Positions 32,727 to 44,565 of a DNA stretch of 64,000 nucleotides are shown here, piece by piece. The position numbers and the translations under genes are program-made. The DNA lies in assembly GCA_043228905.1 (NCBI GenBank), contig JBHGNT010000010.1:3844001-3908000 (forward strand), read 5' to 3'. The stretch is from Azolla caroliniana (taxonomy: Eukaryota > Plantae > Polypodiophyta). Numbering within the stretch: position 1 is the stretch's first letter; every line of letters starts with the position of its first letter. Below the pieces are notes generated by a model that saw nothing but the letters and a program-made list of their open reading frames with translations, was not told the origin of the DNA and did no database searches.

Positions 32727-32819
<93 letters not shown>

Positions 32820-33051
32820 AGTTACCACACACCCATTTTTAAAGTGATTGCCCTAAGTCATATTTATACTTATATGAACGTAGGACTATTTACAAATATA
32901 GCCTCAATAGGCTTACTCAAAACATATTTACAGATATGTCTTCTCTTCTGATTCTCACCGGGTCTCCTCCGGTTTTCAGATCTCCTCCGGTTCTCACCGG
33001 GTCCTCTTTATTCATCACTGAATCCCATCCGGGGAGACCGATTTCCCAACA
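30326..33051 (-). mobile_element. Solo LTR of a Copia family related to E, interrupted by a LINE
   Basis: TSD GTAGA at 30321-30325 and 33052-33056; TG...CA termini. Shares ACGTGGAAAACCCTA, TTGCCCTAAGTCATATTTATAC and the CCCATCCG...CCC(G/A)ACA terminus with the E LTR. Confidence 0.88.
30601..32731 (+). mobile_element. 5'-truncated non-LTR retrotransposon (RTE/RTEX-like LINE) with (TCTA)n tail
   Basis: Open RT ORF to 32650: NYRTIMV, QAGFR, FVDFKKAFD, GVKQGCPLSPTLF, LYADD, FKYLG, then RLSSHALRCETGRW...CTLC...ESEYHTLIQC. Short 3' UTR and TCTA repeats at 32707-32731; no endonuclease domain. Confidence 0.9.
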
Positions 33052-33989
33052 GTAGAGTCTTTAATGGGTACTTTTAAGATCCCATAAAGGAAGGAGAATA
33101 AAGTGTGTGTGAGGAGAAAATGAAGGAAAATCGCTGACAAAAATGGTTGTCTTTAGTGCTGATGTAATGGCCTATCCTTGTGCTAACTGAGAAGGGATCC
33201 ATCGTTTGGAGGGAGAAGTGTTGTCAATTTGTATCGTCGAGTGTCTATTTCACTCGGTGTATTTGGTTAGTTGTTTGTGGGGCCTCTGCTCATGTAGGAA
33301 GCTCGTGTGCTCCCGACTAGAGGCTCACCAGTCAGTGCGTAGGTAGAGCTCGAAGCTCTGCTTTCCGGCCGATAGGCCTTGAACTCTTGTAATCTTCCTT
33401 TGTTTATAATCAATTATTAGAACAACAGAATCTGGAATCTCTATTACTCTCTATTTGTGTTGGATCGTTACATGTGTTCGTCTTCGGTGTCCAAGAGGGG
33501 GTCCCCTTCTATCTCTGTTTTCTGCGTTGTCTTTTGTGATCCAAAATCTGTGTGCGGCAGCGTCCGGAATCCGGCACTCGAGCCGGTCAGATACAGGCTT
33601 TCGCAAGCCTGCGTGCTCTGTAAAGCTTTCCAACGACTGAACCAGATAGTAATTGCAAGTTTGTAGTTCCTCGGGCTCCTTAGTCCAAGGCCCCGGTGGT
33701 CCCACCCAATCTGACACGTATACGTGGAAAACCTCGACAACGTCTCGTCATATTTCTTGATCTATCTCTTCTATCCGAGGTTTATAATCATACCTTTTAC
33801 CATGAGCTTTTCTCTATCTTGTTTTAATCCATGTAATTCATGAGAACTCAAAGTTTCGTTAGGATTTGTTTTATATGCTTAGTCATACCTATTTGGATTT
33901 AATCCTTGTGAATGTGAACTCATACTTGCGGTACGTGTAGATTTGTTTTTGGTATTAACTTGTTATTGGGCAATCCTTAACGCACTTGT

Positions 33990-34453
33990 AAACAAAACCC
34001 AATGTAATGGTACTCTTACATATCAATTGAAACGTTTATTTGTGCCTTAACATCACATCATCTCACCTAGTTCAAAACCCCTATGATTCTACCTTGACAC
34101 TCACCTTCCCAGAAATTACCACGACATCTTGACACATAATTCAAAAATAGTTACTCTGTATCAAAAACCACTATGTTTGCTAAACAAACCCAACGAACTC
34201 TTTTAGTTATGAATGTCTTTTTTATGTCAATAATTTCTTTTATTAGGAACTACAAATGTTTGCTTTACAAGTTTAGAAATTCAACTGATGTAGAGAAAGG
34301 TGCCATGCAAGCGAAGTTCATTCAAATGAGTATCTTAGGAGCTCCATGACCATATGAGGACAAGGATATTATTAATTGTGTCCCCACTGAGGATACTTTG
34401 GATAAAGAAATGGCAAGCAAAACTAGAGGATGCAACACCAAACCAAATACTTG
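33990..34453 (+). pseudogene. Second, heavily decayed paralog of the same methyltransferase (exon 2 and exon 3 remnants)
   Basis: 34147-34203 reads IVTLYQKPLCLLNKPNELF (compare LVNPYQKPQRLMMRLIEMF). Acceptor TTAG|GA ACT ACA at 34247 gives GTT in the same phase, then FRNSTDVEKGAMQAKFIQMSI (compare FRNTVALEKDEEQVIFINMRI). Stops, frameshifts and a deletion are present. Confidence 0.7.
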
Positions 34454-35822
34454 ATTAACTTATATGGTTTCACTTTATCTTTAAATGCCTACAATTCAAG
34501 CCAAAATGCTCATTTTATGCAATGTATCATTTTATATTTTATTTGTAAAATAACTCTTATATTTTGACTAAACCATGTCATTCTCATTTCAATAGGAATT
34601 GTCCGCAATATATTTCACTTAAATCTTTCATATCTTGTAATTGACTAAATATCTTTAATATGTCCTTTATGTGGTGCCTTGTGTGTGGAATGTAAGCTCC
34701 TTGTTTTCCATTGAATATTATGCATATATATACATTTTGTGTTTATCGTTGAAATCATTTTTGGATAGGTCTAAGATCATATTTATATCATTATATAGTC
34801 AATTGTAGATTAGGATTATAGCCTAACGCCTACATGGTAGAAATTGAGCTATAACGAGCATTTTTAAATAAACGTGTTGAAAAACACAAGTTCTCAAAAA
34901 ATACATTGTAGTTTCCTTGCTTTTTGACATTTTCTAGAGATTCTTCGTAAGTGCACAAGGTTACCCATTTGTAATGCAATTGTGTTGAAATGGATCCCCT
35001 AAATACTAATTCGTGTACTTTGTAGCATTCATGAAGTATTGGAAGTTTTGGGAAATTTGAACAACTAATTGTGTTATTGTCCCATGTAAGAATCTCAAAA
35101 TACTAGCAATAATACATTGGTCATAAATGTGAATGCTTTCAACATTCCTTACCAATATATTGCTATAAGTATTTCCAACATTCCTGATGAGAAAACAATA
35201 AATAAAATCAAAATATTGAAACCTACATAGGCTATATTATTCTTTCTTTCTTTTTTTATATGTAATACGATATCTTCATACAAATAGAATCATAAAATTT
35301 AATTGCTTTGTCTTTGATAGGCACAATTGAGTATTGAGAAAAATATTATACTAAACACAATTAATTGCATACAAAGACTTGTATCTATAAAAAGTTGTAA
35401 ATATAACACAAATATTTTACAAAGATGTGGATGACTAGCAAAACCATCTAAAGAGCCATTGACAATTGTGGTGAGTCGTGAGCTCGTGATCTACAATAAG
35501 ATAAACCCCAAATGCAACTTGGCACCCGTCACCAAGACGAGAAAGATTTTTACAATTGCGACCTGAATTGTCATGACTACCAACACCCTCAGTGCATTAG
35601 ATCATGCCACCCTCATTCTATCAAATTGATGAGGTAGAGCTTGACAAAGTCACTTGCAAATCCCATTTCCTTCCTTTGTGTAGGATATTTTCAATAGAGT
35701 GTAGTTTTAATGATCTAATAGGGGTCTATATTGGAGTTAGGGCTTATTGACATTAGGGCTCCTTTCAAAGACAAGAATTTGGAAAGGAACTTAACCATGA
35801 TGTGATTAGCATAGGATCATCA

Positions 35823-35824
35823 TA

Positions 35825-35897
<73 letters not shown>

Positions 35898-35901
35898 GTG
35901 T
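35823..35901 (+). repeat. (TATGTG)n hexanucleotide microsatellite
   Basis: About 13 perfect units, followed by degenerate TATG(C/G)G units to ~35970. Confidence 0.95.
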
Positions 35902-38881
35902 AGTGTATGTGCATGGGTATGCGTATGCGGATGCGTATGCGGATGCATATGCATATGGGTATGGGTATGCCACAATATAAAAGAAAACATTACAACTAGT
36001 ATAAACTAAATCTTTTGAAATGCCTGCATCATATTTTGTCATTTGATGTATGGAATATGGCGTGTCACTAGTTCACAAGTTTACTTGAAGTGGTTTTAGA
36101 GCTAACGTTGACATGCAAAGTAATTAAATGGCTATTTGCAAAGATTGAAGGAAATGGCACCCTCACTTAATGTAGATGTTACTATAGTTCAAGGTTCTCT
36201 ATGAATATGTCTATATTTTCATATGTATTTGTGGCTCTTATGTATTGGACATGTTCTCTACAAGAAGACCTAAACAAAACTTCATAGCATACTATTGTGT
36301 CACGTGTATATGAAAATCTATTGTTTTGTGTCAATAATTAAAGAACTAGCTAGCATGTCTCTCTATGTAAGAATGGCTTTTTTCTTGGTTCAACACAAGT
36401 GAAGATTCTATATTGTATTCGTCACTTTGCGATCTCTATCATGCCTTTCCATTGATCCTTAACCACCACAATGAGCGCGCATACATGTTTCATATTTTAG
36501 TGAGTTCACAAAGAGGTTGATGTTTCAATCTTCTAGTTCATCCAAAATACATGGACATTCTCAACGAAAACATCCCAAACATAATTTCAACTTATTTGTG
36601 AAAATATAATCTCACTAATTTGATAATGGGATTGACGACATTGTCTCTACCATATCTTCTGTACAAAAATCTAAAAATTTGTTTGAGACCACACGTTGAA
36701 GACTTCTCATTTTTATTTATATGGTGTTCACACACATATTTGATACTTAGAAGTCTTCACAAACATGTGGTAGATTAAAATATAAATGGTCAATCTCCAT
36801 ATGCTCACTTTGGAGAGATCACGGTTTTCCCTTGTCAATGCTACAATCTCGACAATTCCAACATAGATCACCAAATATAAAAGTCTTCCATACTGAAATA
36901 TAGCTAAGGTACTAAATGAGGCATGAGCGTGAACTTATTATTAGGTTTGACTTGGAGTGCAACACAATCTTTATGTGATACTTGTGAAAAGAATTCATAT
37001 AGCTTTTAAAGATGTCAAATTGCACCCTTCCCATAGGAACTATTACCAAAGTGGAACTAATCTGATTAATGCATAATTGTTATCCATGGGAGTAAACTAA
37101 CAAATTTCAAAGAGATGTGATTATATTAATGCATTTACTAACCAAGGGCGCGATAATCATTAATCTTTTTTACCAAGGGCATTATAATTTGGTCAAAAGA
37201 GAACTCTTGTACAAAACCTCATCCTTCCCGAACGTAGCATACAACTATCTGTCGTACTGCACTCTCCAAGTGTGCTTGTTCCCATGGGCATTTGAAGTTG
37301 GATGTGTTGAAAATTACCAAGTTAATGTGCATGAAACATGGGTTGCTCATTATGGTGGAAAAATAGAGTTTTCGAGGACAAATAGGAAAAACTCGTTATG
37401 GAACATTGTCATGTGAACCTTGATGTTCTACATAGAATGGGTGTATGTCTAGCAAGTTTCTTGTAAATGGTCCTAGACTCTAGTGATTAAGTCATTGAAC
37501 TTACAAGTACAATGAGGTTACTTCCCATGGGACACCTAGCATGCTGATGTGAGCTCATAAATCCATGAGATAGGCTTTTTTGGCATGGCACCATATTCTC
37601 TGACTATGGTTTGGACATCCAACACATTATTTTGCACTCTAATATTGAATCTATTCAACAAACTAGGTTGGCCACCTTTTATATCCAGAGCTAATAGCAC
37701 TAGATTCTTGATCATGCACTCAATTTCTATCGTGTTAATATGTAATGTACATTATAAATTCAAGGTTCACGTGTTGCATTTTGACAATGATTTCAATGTT
37801 ACATTTCGACAATGAATTCCCAACTAAGGAGTGTTTTTAATCTCGATTGGGTGCGCGGATGCCACCTACCCAGTCATTTTAAGTCATTCAGTTCACAAGA
37901 CAGAGCATGCTTGGCCTCAGTTTTTAAATAAAATTGGTATCTGTTGGGCATGGGTGCTTTTGCTAATCCTAGCACCTAGTACATGTATCATTCATTTTCT
38001 AATATAATAAAAGAGAAAAAGTTCGCGATCCGTAGTGTGGGTACCAGTGAATCAAGGATTTGCAGTTTTGTCATTGATTAGACAAGCCAGAAGTGTTTCA
38101 TTTTTGGAACGAGACATTTGGAGCCAACACGTGGGTATGTCCAATGGTCAATCAATCCAAAGTACTCTACATTCTTCTGTGGGTAATTCACCATGTTCTA
38201 GTGTCAATCAACAAAACACCTTTTCTTTTTGGGTGAAATTTATGTATGTATATAAATGTGTAAGAAGAGATAGAGACCTCAAATCCAATGGAAAAGACCC
38301 CAAGGGGAGTTATCATGGACAATGACATCCTTAGGAAAAGCAACACAAAAAAAGCAAACAATATAAAGCATTAAGGAAGAGGATGATGACTCAATTGAAT
38401 TGAAAATTCCATAGGCCTCAATTGAGTCCAATTGTGTTGTGTTGGTGATTACATTGGAATTGGAATTGGATTGGATTGAATTGCATTGGAATTGGATAAT
38501 TGTATTGCAATAGCAATTGCATTGGATTTGATAGGATTGGATCGAATTGCATTGCATTGCATTGGATTGGATCATAATACATCATGTTTAACTTATCAAT
38601 GTGTGTAGATTAAAAATTTGATCTGATTGAAAAAGTGAGAGAGGGGAAAAACCGGAGCTACAAAAAAAAAAAAAAAATGATAAAAAGACCAGGGTGAGGG
38701 TGGATTATCCATAGGGTAATTGAAGGAAGCAGGTCATGAGTTCAAATCTTGAGATCAGCAGGCGAACCATAATTCGTTAGTATCTTATCTATATATCTGT
38801 ATATATAATTATAAATAACTGAAGAAACTAGTATTACTTGTTACTCAATTATTGGCCCCTTTCATCATTTAACAAATTTTG

Positions 38882-39403
38882 TTATTTTGATCCCCATCCA
38901 TGGTGATGATGATGATGATGATGATGAGCAGCAGCAGCAGAAGATGCGGCTGATGATGCATCCAGACCATCCCAGAACTCCAGTTCCTGTTGTTGTTGTT
39001 GTTGTTGTTGATCAGGGTTTTGTATATTAGGGTTTTCCGAGCCAGGATTATTGCTACTATTAAATCTCGTTGCCATCTGATTATGGGCCATAATTTGTTC
39101 GTGATGATGATGATGATGATGGTCACCACCATCCTGCTTCTCATGCCCATCGCCATCGCCATCGCCATCATCTTCTGTGCCCTGTGGAATCTGCTGCTGC
39201 TGAATCAATATATATATATATATATGAATGAAAGAGAATGTAATTTTATTCAAAAATGGATGGAATTTATTCGTGTAGTAAGAGAATTACAGAAGCATTA
39301 TCATTAATCGATTCATTCAGTTCTTAATTAATGGATTTCCTTTTTCTTGAACTTTAAAAAGTGTTTTTTGGGGGGAAGAGATCCAAGACAGGAACAGAAA
39401 CAG

Positions 39404-39451
<48 letters not shown>

Positions 39452-39598
39452 CATATATGTATGTGAATGAATACCTGGGTATGTGAAAAGAAAGCACTGT
39501 CAAAGATTGGATATTCTCTCGCAGAAGAATCTGAGACAGAGAGAGGAAATTCTCGATGAATTAACGACAGATCCATGTGAAAAATAACGAATTAAAAG

Positions 39599-39633
<35 letters not shown>

Positions 39634-41966
39634 AGATTCAGAAAGAAGGATTTAAGGCGGGACCTTTGGAGGACATGATCATGATGTTATTATAATTTCT
39701 GGATGGTATGGGATCGATTTGCAGGGGCGCAGGTGGAATATTCATGATGAGCTGGGATTGATGATGATGATGGTGAGGATGATGAGGAATTAAGTGAGGC
39801 TGCTGGTGGTGTTGGTGATGATGGTGAGAGGATGCAGGTGGGGCGAGAGACAGAGAGATTCTTGGGTCGATCAGCTGATGGCCAGGGACTGATCCCCCAG
39901 GAATCATCATACTCAATCCGATGCTAGTACTGGAGGAAGGAGAATCGGAGCTAGATTCCCTGGTATTGCCCATTCGATCGAATTGGGCGCCGCCACTTCC
40001 GCCGCCGCCGCCTGCATTGTTATTGCCGCCCATCATCGCGCCTCCTCCGATCATGAAATTGGTGGGCGGCGCCGCTTGGTTCATCAGCCGCCCGCCCAGG
40101 AATTCGGAATCCGGTCGATCGTGGCCGGCGGGGAACGAGGCCGATTTCGCGGGCTTCGGGCCCGCGCCGCCGCCGCCGGAAGTGCGCCGCGTTTTGGAGG
40201 ATTGCGGCGGCTCTAGCACATTGATAAGGTGGTGGCGATCATCGGGCGGATTTAGGATGCTGAGTAGGCTGTCGGAGGAGGAGGGGGAGGTGTCGATGGC
40301 AGCGAGGCCCTTGATGAGGCGAGGCTCGCGGATTTGGTGGTATTCGATGAAGCCCGGGGAGGCGGGGGAGGAAGAAATGGATCGGGCGGCGGCGGCGGCG
40401 GCGGCGGCGGAAGGTAGCAGATCGGCGGCATTTATCGAAGAAGGTGGCGGCAATGAGGCGGCGGAATTCAGACTGGCGCTGTTAGATGATGGCGGCGGAG
40501 GTGGGGAGGAAGAAGAAGACGAAGGAGCTGGCGGCGGAGGCTGGAGGAGCTTCCGCTTGGCCCTGGCCTTGCGGTTCTGGAACCAGTAGAAGACATTGGC
40601 CTCTGCGATGTTGCCGAAGCGGCGGAGCTGGGCGGCTATGTCCACGATCATGTCGCGCGACGGCGTGGTCGTTCCCGAGTTGAAGATTGACTCCAGGATC
40701 TGGATCTGCTCCTGCGTCGGGCACCATCTCGGCCGCGGCGTGCACGCCCCCTCCACCACCACCGATGATAATGATGATGAAGAAGAAGAAGAAGAAGCCG
40801 CCGCCATAGCCACAGCTGATGATGGTGATAATCCTGCATGTGCCTCACCTGCAGAACCCCCCCCCCCCCCCCAAACATAAAAAAAATTTAGATTTGAATC
40901 GAGCATTATAAGAAGAAAAGAAAAGAAAAAAAAATGGTCTGCATTGCACTATCATCAATCCATGGCTTCTCTTTGATTAGATATATATATATGTATATGT
41001 ATAGCAAAGCAGCATACTCCTGATTATGAAGGTCTCCATACTGCCATGGCTACCCGCCCTCAGGTTATACGCGCTAGGGTTTATAGCTCCTCCACTGCTG
41101 CCCGATCCCTGCACATTACGGCTGCTGCTGAACAATCCACCCGCGAATTGAAGCTGCTGCTCATGATTCATGGCTGGATTGGATTGCAGAGCTATGTTAG
41201 TGTGATCGTATAGCTGTTCTAGGCCAGTGTTATGAGGAGGAGGACAATGGTAGGAGGTGCTACTAAATCTAGACATGCGCTGGAATGGATCGGAGGCGGC
41301 GAGATTCATATCGCCGCCTGGATTAGCAGATAGCAGGAGCGCATTGCTTGGATTATTATTGATAGCAGGATGGGGAGGATGATGATAAGCAGTGGGAGCA
41401 GGCGGCAGGAGATGGCGATGAAGAGAAGGAGGAGGATTGAGGGTGCTTAAATTTGCTGGTGGATTAGGGTTGTTGATGATGCTGCTGGCATTCTGTTGGT
41501 GGCGCTGGAGCTGGAACAATTGCTGGAGCTGCTGCTGCTGCTGCTGCTGGTGTTCATGGTAAAGGAAGCTGGATTGATCGAGCGATGGTGCTGCATTAAT
41601 GAACGGATTCGCAGGCTGGATCATATTGGAGGAGGAAGAGGAGGAGGATGAGGCTGCAGGCGGTGGTGGCGATGGCGATGGCGTCCAATCATGATGAAGT
41701 GAGGGATTAGTCATCAGCTGATTCTGCAGCAGAAGATATGGATGATTTTGAGGAGGAGGAGGAGGAAACAGTAATTGCTGAGGGGCTACTGCATTCACGT
41801 TGGATTGATCTGCTGCGCTCAATAGCAGATGACTCGCAGGAGCTCCTATGTCGTGACTAGGGTTTGCGTTAATGGCGGCGATCTGGTAATCGGGAGGGTT
41901 ATTGGCGGTGCTGTTACTGCTACTGTTGTTGTTGCTGCTGCTGCTGGAGCAGCTGTTAGCGTTCAT
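38882..41966 (-). CDS. WOX: WUSCHEL-related homeobox transcription factor; proposed exons 41966-41018, 40848-39664, 39530-39475, 39199-38882 (~835 aa)
   Basis: Homeodomain PRPRWCPTQEQIQILESIFNSGTTTPSRDMIVDIAAQLRRFGNIAEANVFYWFQNRKARAKRK at ~40738-40548. GT-AG junctions with matching phases (1,1,0) give 2508 nt in frame. The homeodomain call is firm; outer exons and the exon-1 donor are less so. Confidence 0.88.
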
Positions 41967-42339
41967 TTCTGATCGATTGGCGATGGCAGGTGGAGTCAAA
42001 TCTCTATATATTTGGAATTATTGGATGGGCGCCCTAAAGCAGAGAAAAAACAGAAAACAAAAACAAAAAAGATCTAAGGAGGAGGATCGATTAATTACTG
42101 TAGCAGAGAGAGAGGGAGAGAGAGATAGAGCAGCAGAAGAAGAAGGAGCAGTTTAGTTACTGTAGAGATGGCAGGGAAGAGAAAGAACAGAGGAGGAGGG
42201 GAAGCAGGAAGAGATGGAAAGCAGAAAGCCGAAAGCAGAAAGCAGAAAACAGAAAGCAGAGATGTCTGTGGTGGGGATGCACAGGTATAATTAGGAGAGT
42301 GTTAGGAAGGCACAGAAAGGAGGGGTAGAATTAGGAATT

Positions 42340-42670
42340 ACAGAAAACCAAGAGAGAGAGAGAGAGCTATGAGCATGAACAGTAGACCACACAGGTTTAG
42401 GGTTTTGTTTTTTCTGTTTTATTTTTTGTTTTTAAAAAATAAATAAAAGGAGATAATTACTGTATAGATGATGCATAATCGAGTGATTAATTTCTGTTAA
42501 TTAAATATGGAGAGGTGAGCCTACGCCATAGCCATTAGCACGTGACAGCTATCAGATCTCCATCTTCGAGAGAGAAACACAGAGAGAGAGAGAGAGAGTA
42601 GAGAGCAGAGCAGAGCAGAAATGGTGGCTTTTGAACCAGAGAAAAATGCAGAGCTCACACAGTACACACA

Positions 42671-42704
<34 letters not shown>

Positions 42705-42705
42705 A
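42340..42705 (-). promoter_or_regulatory. WOX upstream region with GA/CT repeats, a telobox and a G-box
   Basis: (GA)n at ~42351-42366 and ~42581-42598, (CT)n at ~42674-42701, AAACCCTAA (minus strand) at 42397-42405, CACGTG at 42539-42544. Confidence 0.4.
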
Positions 42706-44309
42706 TTGCTATTAATATATTTTATTGCAGTAGACTACTATACTACTACCAGTCTACATAATATGTACATTTAACATACATATATGATATATGTATGTAT
42801 ATATAATCATCATCATCAGAATTCTATCTCTGGTTTTGATTACATATATGATCCTGCTAATGGAATTCTGCAAACAGAAACCAAGCTTCACACTTCCTTC
42901 GTGTAGTTTTTTTTTTTTTTACTTATGGGCCATGGCTATGTAGTAATGTACATACATATACATATGTATGTATGTATACAGAACTAAAGAAGAAGTTGGG
43001 GGGGGGGCTATGGGGGCTATGGACAATCTAGCTTAGCCAGAGAGCTATTCTGGCTATGGCGGATCTCTCTGTTCTGTGTGCTCAGGAAGAGATTATCTAC
43101 GAGATTTTCTGTTTTTTTTTGGGGGGGGGAGGGGCTTTTTTGCTTTTTTTGGCTCACCTCATCCTCGCACTCCTGTACGTTCTCCTATGAAGATGAAAAA
43201 GAAAAACGGATTTTAAAAAGCTTTTCCATGGATATTGTACTGATAATGAAAACAAATTTGCAAAACACAGACATAATGTGTACATATATATCAGAGAAGC
43301 AGAGTGGCTTCACTTGACTTGACTTGACTTGACTTGACTCAATACTGACTGAGCTCTCTATATGTATGTATCTATAAAATACTACAGAATTATTAGGATT
43401 ATGATTATAATGACGATAATGTATGTCAAATCTGGAGATATGAAATATGTAAGCACAGTTTTGAAAATTCAATAAATAATCAGAAAACGTCATGCCATTT
43501 TATTTTCTCTCTGTGCTTTTTTGTTTTTTTTTCAAGGATCATTTCTGTAGAATTTGCGCAAGAATTAATCGGATTCCTTGTCCTCCCTCATCTGTTGGGT
43601 TTCTGCGTTCTGCGTTTTTCTTATGTTTAAAAAAATAAATTAAGCTCTCTTTTTTTGTTAAATTCCTTCCGTCTGTTTTTCATCTCCGTGCTGCTTCTTC
43701 TTGTTCTTAGCTATCAAATCCATGGCATTCAAATTCAATAATGAATGGGATGGTTTCTGTGTTTCTCCATCATTCATTCATCATTAGCCCCGCCTTTTAT
43801 TTTTAAAGTAAAAAAATTTAACGACTTTAGGACAATCTTTTCGAATGCTGCTACAATTATGAGTTCAGTTTAATCATTCCATCCTGAACTGAATAAATAC
43901 CCCTGCTCCAGAAAAAACAGAAAACAAAAGCACACGAGAATTAATTCCATCGCTTCCCACAAACCAATAATAAGGAAATCAATTATCCAAATCTAATTTA
44001 CATTATCAAGGCCCCTACACATTTATACATTACATGTGTCTCTGTGTATATAATATATTATATAAATATATACATATGCATGCAGAGAATTAATGGATGC
44101 ATTTGCTTTTCCACTTCCCTGTTTAGATTTTCATTTGCTTTCACAAATGCTTTTTTGGTTTGAAGTGATTTCCATGTAAGAAAAGCTACCCCCTTCCCAT
44201 TCAATTCACACACACACACGCAAACAATCTGAAAGAAATAATTAATTGGCCTCTTTCTGCTAATTTATTTATTTTAATTGGCTACCAAGTTTCCACTAAC
44301 AATATTTAT

Positions 44310-44565
44310 ATATGGACATGCGTCATGCACATGTGGCATGAACATGGACATGGACATGGGCATGTGGCATGGACATGGACATGTGGCAATGACAAGGACG
44401 TGGACAAAGGGCATGTTTGGGATTGAATTCTATGGGCATGTGTCATAGACATGAACATGGGGATATGGCATATGGCATATGACATGTGGCATGGACATTG
44501 GCATATGGCATGTAACATGGACATGATCATGATTCATGACCATGTAGAATGGACATGGACATGTA
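44310..44565. repeat. Degenerate CATGG(A/C)-type short-unit repeat tract
   Basis: Repeated CATGGA/CATGTG/TATGGC units. Confidence 0.75.

Larger units (their letters stand above)
30200..33739 (+). mobile_element. Old LTR (probably solo) of the A/C Gypsy family, interrupted by a Copia solo LTR; left boundary uncertain
   Basis: The right end GTCCAAGGCCCCGGTGGTCCC...AAACCTCGACA resembles the A and C LTR ends, and no PBS follows. The tentative left end TGTGGA at 30200 is flanked by AAGT (right flank ACGT). Confidence 0.55.

Noticed and set aside
34118-34131. ACCACGACATCTTG, identical to the C LTR/PBS junction
   Set aside because: No LTR similarity upstream and no PBS after it. It lies within the decayed methyltransferase exon, so it is most likely chance.
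35806-36042. ORFs with (MC)n or (HT)n, and similar (ER)n/(SL)n ORFs elsewhere
   Set aside because: They are translations of microsatellites.
36000-37850. Possible decayed DNA-transposon coding remnant (CTC...C-x-H, SWIM-like, minus strand near 37450-37520)
   Set aside because: Too degenerate to support by eye; it needs a translated HMM search.
38390-38575. ATTGG/ATTGA-rich tract and 98-aa ORF 38279-38575
   Set aside because: Low-complexity pentamer-like repeat downstream of WOX with no coding evidence.
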